Source: Planctomycetota bacterium (GTDB lineage Bacteria > Planctomycetota > UBA1135 > UBA2386). From it: 64,000 bases of DNA. Positions 56,921-64,000 of the stretch are shown here, piece after piece (the stretch's first letter is position 1; each line of letters opens with the position of its first letter). The translations under genes were made by a program, and so were the position numbers. The notes beneath the pieces were generated by a model. The model saw nothing but the letters and a program-made list of their open reading frames with translations. It was not told the DNA's origin and made no database searches. The DNA is taken from the NCBI GenBank assembly GCA_016713175.1, contig JADJPQ010000029.1, positions 23,703-87,702 of the forward strand. The letters run 5' to 3'.

Positions 56921-58711
56921 ATGCTGGTACCGAGTCTGCTCGCCCCCACCCTGTCCGCACTGGCCACGGCCTTGCCGGGCGACATCGATCCCGCCCTGCA
57001 AGCGGTGCTCGCCAACCTGAAGCCGAACGAACAGACGACGGTGTTCGTCTACCTGAGGGATCAGGTGCCGCTGACCGACACGGTCGCTGCCCTGGACCGG
57101 ATGAACGCCACGCGGCAGTTCCGCCACTGGCTGGTCGTCAGTTCGCTGCAGGACCTGGCCGCCGGCACGCAGCCGCCGGTCAAGCGCGTGCTCGACGAAC
57201 TCGACGCCATCGGCGAGGTCAGCATGGTGACGCCGTTCTGGATCTTCAACGGCTTCGCGGTCCGCGGCACCCGCGGTGCGATCGAGCGGCTGGCGCTGCT
57301 GCCGGCGGTCGGCCAGATCGTCTGGGCCGGCTCCGACCAGCCCGGCACCCAGGACGCCATCGACATCGAAGAACTCGCGCCGGCGCCGCTGCCGCTGCCG
57401 GTGCCCGAAACCGGCCTGACCGAGTGCAAGGCCGACTTCCTGTGGAACCTCGGCTTCACCGGCACCAGCGCGCTGGTCGCCAACGTCGACACCGGTGTCG
57501 ACGGCAATCATCCGGCTCTCCGTTCGCGCTGGCGCGGTCTGCTGCCCGGGGTGCCGGCGAGTGCCGCGTGGCACGACGTGATCACCAACACGACGTTCCC
57601 GGTCGGTCGCGGCAGCCATGGCACGCACACGATGGGCACGATCTGCGGCGACGATGGGCTCGGCAACCAGATCGGCATGGCGCCCGGCGCCCGCTGGATT
57701 GCCAGCAATCCGATCGATGCGTCGGGCACCCGCGCGCAGAAGAACGTCTGGTACAACCAGGGCATCCAGTGGATGGCCGATCCGGACGGCAATCCGCTGA
57801 CCGTCGACGACGTGCCGGATGTCTGCAGCAACAGCTGGGGCGTGCGCGATGCGGCCAATGGCGTCGGTCCGTGTTCGCCGGTGTTCTACGCGTCGCTGGA
57901 CGCCGCCGAAGCGAGCACCGTGGTGTTCTGCTGGTCGGCCGGCAACGAGGGTGCCACCGGCCCGCGCGTGCCTGCTGATCGGGTCGCGTCGCCGACCAAC
58001 ACGTTCACCGTCGGTGCGCTGGAGCCAGGCAGCCTGGTGATCGCCAGCTACAGCAGCCGTGGCCCGAGCACCTGCGCGGCGACTGGCAACATCAAGCCGG
58101 AAGTCTCGGCTCGCGGCTCGTCGGTCCGGAGTTCGGTGCCGGGCGGCGGCTACTCGCTGCTGTCGGGCACGTCGATGGCCTGCCCGCACGTCGCTGGCGC
58201 GGTGGCGCTGCTGCGCGATGTCTGGCCGGAGATCTCGGTCACCCGCGCCAAGACGTTGCTGATGGACACCGCGGTCGACCTCGGCACCGCCGGTGAGGAC
58301 AACACGTTCGGTTTCGGGCGCATCGATCTGCAACGCGCCTACAATCAACTGATCGCGGAACGGCCGGTCGTCGCGGTGTCGGCCATGGGCACGCGGCAGG
58401 TCATCCGACCGGGACAGACGGCGTGGACGCACGTCGCGCTGTCGAGTTGGAGCCCCAATGCGGAGACCGTGACCCTGGCGCTCGAACTGTGGATCGACGG
58501 TGGCCCAACGGGTCTCTATTTCCTGGCACCGACGACGATCACGATCCCCGCGGGCTTCCACAACCGCACCACACCGTTCGCGATCCCGTTCCCGATTCCG
58601 GCGAACATCGACCCGCAGTTCCTGAACCGGCCGATCGAGGTTCGGGCGTCGGCGGTGCAGGGCATGACCGAGATCTCCGCTGCCGGCTATCGGTTCGTGA
58701 TCCAGCCGTAA
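56921..58711 (+). CDS. Subtilisin-like (S8) serine protease with propeptide
   Basis: Catalytic triad contexts VANVDTGVD, HGTHTMGT and GTSMACPHVAG. GGAG lies 6 nt before the ATG at 56921. Confidence 0.85.
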   Translation: MLVPSLLAPTLSALATALPGDIDPALQAVLANLKPNEQTTVFVYLRDQVPLTDTVAALDRMNATRQFRHWLVVSSLQDLAAGTQPPVKRVLDELDAIGEVSMVTPFWIFNGFAVRGTRGAIERLALLPAVGQIVWAGSDQPGTQDAIDIEELAPAPLPLPVPETGLTECKADFLWNLGFTGTSALVANVDTGVDGNHPALRSRWRGLLPGVPASAAWHDVITNTTFPVGRGSHGTHTMGTICGDDGLGNQIGMAPGARWIASNPIDASGTRAQKNVWYNQGIQWMADPDGNPLTVDDVPDVCSNSWGVRDAANGVGPCSPVFYASLDAAEASTVVFCWSAGNEGATGPRVPADRVASPTNTFTVGALEPGSLVIASYSSRGPSTCAATGNIKPEVSARGSSVRSSVPGGGYSLLSGTSMACPHVAGAVALLRDVWPEISVTRAKTLLMDTAVDLGTAGEDNTFGFGRIDLQRAYNQLIAERPVVAVSAMGTRQVIRPGQTAWTHVALSSWSPNAETVTLALELWIDGGPTGLYFLAPTTITIPAGFHNRTTPFAIPFPIPANIDPQFLNRPIEVRASAVQGMTEISAAGYRFVIQP

Positions 58712-58714
58712 CGT

Positions 58715-60406
58715 TCAGCGGCCATGCAGCCACGCGGTCGCGATCGCCCGCAGGCGCTCGACGCGCTCGCGGTCGGTCGCGGCCAGATCGGACTGTTCTG
58801 CGGGATCGGCCAGCAGGTCGAACAGCTGGTCGCGGCCGGTGGTCACGGTGTGCACCAGCTTCCAGCACCCATCGCGGACGCCGACCTGCAAGTCGCCCCA
58901 GTCGGTGAAGAAGCACACCGGCCGCGACGCCGCGTCCTGCAGCAGAGAACGGCCCTGATGGCCTGGATCGGCGGCGACGCCGAGCAGGTCGAGCACCGTC
59001 GGCGCGACGTCGAGGTGGCAACACGGCACGGTCCAGCGCGGCAGCCCCGAGGTCAGGCCAGGCGCATGCAGCAGCCACGGCACGCGGACGTTCTCGTCGT
59101 ACAGCGCGAACGTGTGGCCGACATTGCCGTCGTGCTCGCCGAACGCCTGGCCGTGATCGCCGATCACGCACAGCAGCAGTTCTGCCGCCGGTCGACGGCG
59201 ACAGAGTTCCTGCCACAGCGTGCGCAGATTGCGGTCGCACCAATGCAGCGCATTGCGGTAGCAGTCGAGTTCGTTGTCGTACGGGAACGGCCCACCCGGC
59301 GGACTCGCATACGGATGGTGGCCGGCGATCGGCAGCCAGGCGGCGACGAACGGCGCGTTCGCCGGCAGCGTGTCGACCCACGCGAGCAACGCGGCCACTG
59401 CGGACTCTTCGTCGATGCCGAAGCTCGATTCGCGTTCGCCGCTGATCGTCGCGGCATCGGCGAGATGGTGGAAGCCTCCCGGGGCGAGCACGTGCTCCAT
59501 GCCCAGGAACGCGAACCTGCCGGCGTGGACCAGCGCGCTGCGGTAGCCCTTGGGCGCCAACGCCTCCGCCAACGACGGCACGGCGAGCTCGCGGTACTGT
59601 TCCGGCCGGCGGTCTGGCGCCGGCGCGACGGCATGCAGGATCGCCAATTGTCCGAGGATGCTCTCGGGATAGACACAGTACGCATCGGTGGCGAGGAGCG
59701 AATCGGCGGCCAGCCCGGTCAGGAACGGCATCGGGTCCTGGTCGGCGCCGTAGCTGCGCAGGAACCGCGGCGCCGCCGACTCGAGCACGACGAACACCAC
59801 CGAACGACTGCGCGCGGCGCCCCGCAACGGCGACAACGGCGATGGGGCTGAAGTCACGGGTGCGAGCGGCGGTGCCGCGTCCGGCAGCGACCGCGGCATC
59901 GCCGACCGGATCAGTTCGAGCAGCGCGTTGCGATGCGCCGGACTCGCCGGCGGCGGCAACCACCACCAGGCGGCCAACGACGCCGCGGCCAGTGCGATGG
60001 CGAACCGGCACCGACGGTGGGATACGGCGCCCGGACTGCCGACGCGCAGCAGTGCGACACCACCGATCGCCAGCACCAGCACCGCCGGCCAGAGGATCTC
60101 GATCCGCAGGTAGTGCCGCATCGAGTCCCCCATGGCCTCATCGGCGCCCTGCAGCATCGGCAGCGCCAGCGGACGTCCGATCGCGACGACCAGCGCCGCG
60201 TTGGCAGCGGTCCATGCGACCAACACTGCGAACAGGATCCGCATGCAGACTCGCGGCAACCACGGTGCGAGCGCCACCAGGACCAGGGCCACGACGACAT
60301 CGTCGGCGAGCACCAGCGGCAACTCGGCGATCGGCGGCGGCGGCACGTGCAGCAGCGCCGCGGCTTTGGCCACGAGCAGTACCGTCAGCACCGCGATCCC
60401 GTTCAT
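58715..60406 (-). CDS. Membrane-anchored sulfatase/LtaS-like enzyme (alkaline-phosphatase superfamily)
   Basis: 4-5 N-terminal TM helices, then SVVFVVLESAAPRFL and VIGDHGQAFGEH...ALYDENVRVP. Confidence 0.75.
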   Translation of the reverse strand: MNGIAVLTVLLVAKAAALLHVPPPPIAELPLVLADDVVVALVLVALAPWLPRVCMRILFAVLVAWTAANAALVVAIGRPLALPMLQGADEAMGDSMRHYLRIEILWPAVLVLAIGGVALLRVGSPGAVSHRRCRFAIALAAASLAAWWWLPPPASPAHRNALLELIRSAMPRSLPDAAPPLAPVTSAPSPLSPLRGAARSRSVVFVVLESAAPRFLRSYGADQDPMPFLTGLAADSLLATDAYCVYPESILGQLAILHAVAPAPDRRPEQYRELAVPSLAEALAPKGYRSALVHAGRFAFLGMEHVLAPGGFHHLADAATISGERESSFGIDEESAVAALLAWVDTLPANAPFVAAWLPIAGHHPYASPPGGPFPYDNELDCYRNALHWCDRNLRTLWQELCRRRPAAELLLCVIGDHGQAFGEHDGNVGHTFALYDENVRVPWLLHAPGLTSGLPRWTVPCCHLDVAPTVLDLLGVAADPGHQGRSLLQDAASRPVCFFTDWGDLQVGVRDGCWKLVHTVTTGRDQLFDLLADPAEQSDLAATDRERVERLRAIATAWLHGR

Positions 60407-60412
60407 CCTCGC

Positions 60413-61216
60413 CTACTTCCTCGCCGCCTCGGCCTGGCCGACCACGAACATCGCCTCGGCCACCGGTGTCCGTTCGGCCTTCAGGTGCAGGACGTGCACA
60501 CGCCAGACGATCTTCTCGCCGGCTTGCAGCGCCATCTCGGTGGTCCACTTCGTGGTGCCCTGGCCGGGCTCCACCGGCGGGCTGGCGAAGCGCTCGCCGT
60601 CGCCGACCTGCACTTCGAAGACGTAGCGCAGGTCCTTCTGGTCCGCGAGGCAGTTCTTGCACTCGAACGTCACGTCGCGCCCCGGCCGGCGATTGGCACT
60701 GGCCTTGGGTCCGTTGGCATCGAGCGGCGAAAGCGGCGTCGGCAACAGCCGCAGTTCGCGAACGGGACCGTAGTCGAGGGTCCCGACCTCGCGGATTCCC
60801 CAGCCGAGCGGGTAGGGCGCTGGCTCGGTGGCTGCCTGACCGGCCACGATCACGCGCGGCGGATGTTCGTGCTGCTCGTAGCGCGAACCGAATGCGACGA
60901 TCCGACCGGTGCCGGCGACCTTGGCAAGATCACGCCATTCGGCGATCGATTGGTCTTTCTTGTCGCTTGCGGTGAAGGTCAACCGACCGCGGACCGGCGA
61001 ACGGTAGTAATCGCCGCCATGGCCGACGGCGAGGCAGAACGCCCCTTCGATCTCGACGCGATCGGGGTTGTTGGCGTCGGGCAGCAGCGCCACCCTGTCG
61101 AGCAGCGCGTAGACGCCAGCCGGATCGCTTGGCAGCGCCGGCGGCTCAGCGGGCGACCACAGAGTCGGCAACAACAGGAGCGGGAGCAGCGGGAACGAGT
61201 GCATCATCGACATCAC
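60413..61216 (-). CDS. Secreted hypothetical protein
   Basis: Signal peptide MMSMMHSFPLLPLLLLPTLWSPA. Spaced 6 nt and 8 nt from its operon neighbours. Confidence 0.6.
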   Translation of the reverse strand: MMSMMHSFPLLPLLLLPTLWSPAEPPALPSDPAGVYALLDRVALLPDANNPDRVEIEGAFCLAVGHGGDYYRSPVRGRLTFTASDKKDQSIAEWRDLAKVAGTGRIVAFGSRYEQHEHPPRVIVAGQAATEPAPYPLGWGIREVGTLDYGPVRELRLLPTPLSPLDANGPKASANRRPGRDVTFECKNCLADQKDLRYVFEVQVGDGERFASPPVEPGQGTTKWTTEMALQAGEKIVWRVHVLHLKAERTPVAEAMFVVGQAEAARK

Positions 61217-61224
61217 CTCGAAGA

Positions 61225-62184
61225 TCAGGACGTCGCACCAGCCGCGGCGTTAGCGACGCCTGGCAGGCGGGCGAGAATCGTCTCGCCGGCGCGGACCCGC
61301 TGGCCCGGTCGCGCGACCAGTTGCAGACCCGGTACGTCCGGCACGAACACCTCGGTGCGCGAACCGAACTTGATCAGGCCGAAACGCTGACCGGCAGCCA
61401 CCCGTTCGCCGGTGCGCAACACGCAGCAGATCCGCTGCGCCGCGGGCCCGGCGATCTGGCGGACGACGACCGGCAGGCCGTCGTCGGTGCGCAGCCAGGT
61501 CAGCAGCTGTTCGTTGGCGTCGGTCTTGCCGATCCGATACGTCGCCCGTCGCGCGCCGGGCCGGTAGTCGAAGCCGATCGCCTCGCCAGCAACCGGGGCG
61601 CGATTGACGTGCACGTCGAACAGCGACAAGAACACGCCAAGCCGCACCGCGGGACCGGCAAAGAACGGACACGCCGCCTCGCGGCGCACGTCGTCGAGCA
61701 CGCCATCGGCCGCCGCCAACACCGCATCCGGATCGGCCGGCGGGCACCGTTCCGGGTCGCGGAAGAACCACACCGTGAACGCCAGCGGCAGCAGTGCCAC
61801 CGGCAGCAACCACCACGACCAGATCGACGCGACGCCACCGGCAGCAGCCGAGACCAGAGCCGCCAGCAGCAGTTCGGGACGCGCGAGCCGCACCAGGCCG
61901 AGGCCATCGGCGAACAGCACCGGTTCGCGACCGTCTGGCGGCCGCAGCCCGCAGACATTGCGGACCCAACGCAAATCGGCGGCCTCGACGACATCATGCG
62001 GACAGTCCGCGCACTCGCCGCGCAGCGCAGCGCGAGCGGCAGCCAATCGCTGCGGCGCCAGCGAACGACGGAGCCACCGCCGGATCCGCCGAACGAACAG
62101 CGCCAGCTGCGCCGCCGGTCCGATGCCCGGCTGCACGCAGCGCACGTGCGGCGGCCAGCCGGATGGCAACACCGCGCGGGTCAT
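61225..62184 (-). CDS. psd: Phosphatidylserine decarboxylase-related protein (short Asd type) with an N-terminal extension of about 95 aa
   Basis: FFRDPER...VHVNRAP..G...GLIKFGSRTEVF (self-cleavage GS(T) motif). ATG at 62184 forms an ATGA overlap with the upstream stop. Whether the N-terminal extension is translated is uncertain. Confidence 0.7.
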   Translation of the reverse strand: MTRAVLPSGWPPHVRCVQPGIGPAAQLALFVRRIRRWLRRSLAPQRLAAARAALRGECADCPHDVVEAADLRWVRNVCGLRPPDGREPVLFADGLGLVRLARPELLLAALVSAAAGGVASIWSWWLLPVALLPLAFTVWFFRDPERCPPADPDAVLAAADGVLDDVRREAACPFFAGPAVRLGVFLSLFDVHVNRAPVAGEAIGFDYRPGARRATYRIGKTDANEQLLTWLRTDDGLPVVVRQIAGPAAQRICCVLRTGERVAAGQRFGLIKFGSRTEVFVPDVPGLQLVARPGQRVRAGETILARLPGVANAAAGATS

Positions 62185-63284
62185 CCGCAGACCAGCGCCG
62201 GCTCGCCGACGACGAGATTCAGCCGCTTGCCGAGCCACCAGCCGACGACCTGGCCGCGACCGCGCGGTCGCCACAGCCAATCGTGGATCAACGTCAGCGG
62301 CGCCGGTGGACGTCGGTAGCAGCGCTCGCGATCACCATGCAGCGCCAGCGGCACCACCACCAGATCCGCCGGCACCGAGTCCCCGGGCACGAAAGTGCCG
62401 ACCTGCGTCGTGACTCCCGGGGGCAACCATGGCAGTGCAGCGCGCAGGTGCGAGGCGTCGGCATCCACGATCACGATCGCCGCGTCGGGCCATAGCTCGC
62501 GCAGCAGGATCGCCGAACGTGGAAACAGACCGCCGCCGATGATCACCACCCGATGCGGCACCGGCACGCCGGCGAGCACCTCCTGCAAGGCCTCGCGATG
62601 CGCCGCCAGCACGGCGCGACGAAGCCACGCGAACCTGGGCAGCAACCGCTCCAGCAGGCACAACCACGGCCGATCGAGCCAGCGCAGCACCGGCGGCCAG
62701 CGGCTCGTCCGGGCATCGACGGCACGGCGCGCCGGCAGGTCGCGGAAGTGGACGCGCGGCGCGCGGTGGTGTTCGACGTGATAACCGTCGTTCAAGAACA
62801 GCGTGTTCCACCACGCCGCGTGGATGCTGGTCGTGCCGCCGCGGTGCTCGCCACGGCCCTGCAACGCGCACAAGAGCTGGCCGACGCCGAAGCCCGGCAA
62901 CCATGCCGCCAGGAACCACGTCGGCTGCAGCCACGCCCACGCCACCCACATCGCCAGCGCCGCCAACACTTCGCGAGCCAATCCCCGTTCGCGCCGCCAG
63001 TGCCAACGCACATCGCGATGATGCGCCAGATGCCACTGCCGCCACAACCGCTGCGGGAAGCCGAGCAGCAACGTCAGGCCCAGGGAGAACCCATCGTCGA
63101 GCCTCCTGGTGGCGAAGAACCGCCGATGCGTGAACTGATGGGCGATGGTGTTGGCGTTCCACCACAGCAGCACCGCGACGACCCACCACGGCGGCTGCGC
63201 CAGCAACACGCCGGCATGGACCGCGGTCAACGCGACCGGCAGGCGGTCACGGCGGTCGCGCAGGAATGTGACCCGGGAGGTCAT
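62181..63284 (-). CDS. Fatty-acid desaturase/hydroxylase-family membrane protein fused to a Rossmann-like C-terminal domain
   Basis: Three His boxes: HQFTH, HLAHH and HVEHH. C-terminal part has RVVIIGGGLFPRSAILLRELWPDAAIVIVDAD. ATG at 63284. Confidence 0.7.
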   Translation of the reverse strand: MTSRVTFLRDRRDRLPVALTAVHAGVLLAQPPWWVVAVLLWWNANTIAHQFTHRRFFATRRLDDGFSLGLTLLLGFPQRLWRQWHLAHHRDVRWHWRRERGLAREVLAALAMWVAWAWLQPTWFLAAWLPGFGVGQLLCALQGRGEHRGGTTSIHAAWWNTLFLNDGYHVEHHRAPRVHFRDLPARRAVDARTSRWPPVLRWLDRPWLCLLERLLPRFAWLRRAVLAAHREALQEVLAGVPVPHRVVIIGGGLFPRSAILLRELWPDAAIVIVDADASHLRAALPWLPPGVTTQVGTFVPGDSVPADLVVVPLALHGDRERCYRRPPAPLTLIHDWLWRPRGRGQVVGWWLGKRLNLVVGEPALVCG

Positions 63285-63330
63285 GGCGTCGCCTGGACGT
63301 CGGCGACGGCGCGATGTTAGCGTCGAGCCC

Positions 63331-63750
63331 GTGTCCGCCGATGACCTCGCCTCCGCGTTCGCCGCCGTGCCGTGCAATCGGTTCCTCGGCCTGCTGCTGC
63401 TCAGCCGCTCGGCCAAACGCACCGAACTCGAATTGCCGGTGCGACCCGAGTTCCTGCAGGAAGAAGGCGTGGTCCAGGGCGGCATCCTGACGGCGCTGGC
63501 CGACATGGCGGCGGTCTATCTGCTGTGGCCCGACCTCGGACCAGACCGTTCGATGACCGGTACCGATGCGGCGATGCGCTTCCTGGCGGCGGCGTTGCCC
63601 GGACGTGGACCGCTGCGCGCGATCGGCACGCGCCTGCGGTCGGGACGGACGCTGACCGTCTGCGAGAGCGAGGTGTTCCAGGCCGGCGAACGGATCGCCA
63701 AGGGCACGTTCACGTTCCTGCTGCGACCGCGACGACCCGCGAACCCGTGA
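63331..63750 (+). CDS. PaaI-family (hotdog-fold) thioesterase
   Basis: LELPVRPEFLQEEGVVQGGILTALADMAA...GRTLTVCESEV. GTG at 63331. Confidence 0.7.
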   Translation: MSADDLASAFAAVPCNRFLGLLLLSRSAKRTELELPVRPEFLQEEGVVQGGILTALADMAAVYLLWPDLGPDRSMTGTDAAMRFLAAALPGRGPLRAIGTRLRSGRTLTVCESEVFQAGERIAKGTFTFLLRPRRPANP

Positions 63751-64000
63751 ACGACGACCTGCGCATCGATGGCCCGCCGGACGCGGCGACGACGATCGTG
63801 CTGGCGCACGGCGCTGGTGCTGGCATGGATCACGAGTTCCTGGCGACGTTCGCGCAGGGGCTGGCCGCGGTCGGGCTGCGGGTGATCCGCTTCGAGTTTC
63901 CGTACATGGCGGCGCGGCGCCGCGGCGAACGGCGCCCGCCGGATCGGTTGCCGGTGCTGCAGCAGCGCTTTGCCGACGTCGCTGCCCAGGGCGGTCCGCC
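63747..64000 (+). CDS. Alpha/beta-fold hydrolase (COG3571-like), 3' end outside window
   Basis: My own translation gives VNDDLRIDGPPDAATTIVLAHGAGAGMDHEFL...RFEFPYMAARRRGERRPPD. GTG at 63747 forms a GTGA overlap with the thioesterase stop. Confidence 0.6.
   Translation, partial: MNDDLRIDGPPDAATTIVLAHGAGAGMDHEFLATFAQGLAAVGLRVIRFEFPYMAARRRGERRPPDRLPVLQQRFADVAAQGGP

Overview
High-GC (about 70% by eye) bacterial chromosomal segment with roughly 55 protein-coding genes. I recognised no rRNA, tRNA, CRISPR array or IS element. All calls come from reading the ORF translations and DNA by eye: motifs, third-position GC, and start/stop geometry. No database search was run. The gene content looks Planctomycetota/PVC-like (a TAT-signal Gfo/Idh/MocA oxidoreductase, FG-GAP/ASPIC proteins, ECF sigma factors next to Ser/Thr kinases, membrane sulfatase-like enzymes, many large secreted proteins), but the taxon cannot be proven here. 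Most very long track ORFs are Arg/Pro/Gly-rich antisense or off-frame shadows and were rejected.

Main content:
1. A tightly coupled minus-strand lipid-headgroup operon (CDP-alcohol phosphatidyltransferase, three methyltransferase domains, a polytopic membrane protein, an LtaS/sulfatase-like enzyme), followed by nagB and a GH3/beta-lactamase-fold fusion.
2. A split pterin-like cluster: RibD-C-like reductase plus MDR dehydrogenase, then 3.3 kb away a non-canonical PTPS-like gene plus a GT4.
3. An accessory-looking stretch: MrfA/MrfB-like helicase-nuclease pair, Rpn nuclease, TrmB regulator coupled to a double-retropepsin/PDZ lipoprotein, RES-Xre toxin-antitoxin, and radical SAM/SPASM-like plus GT9.
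4. A 14-kb block where Ser/Thr kinases, ECF sigma factors and secreted proteins alternate.
5. aspS, a Kelch protein and an S8 protease.
6. A second lipid operon: desaturase-family fusion, psd, a secreted protein, and an LtaS-like enzyme.

Most interesting observations:
- About ten unrelated secreted proteins share a C-terminal domain of about 100-140 aa that I cannot name.
- A bipartite DNA motif (GTGAC-type octamer, N13, CTGCTGR) sits upstream of three of those genes.
- An in-frame TGA inside an FG-GAP repeat gene is followed by a SECIS-like hairpin.
- Two lipid operons are complementary on paper.
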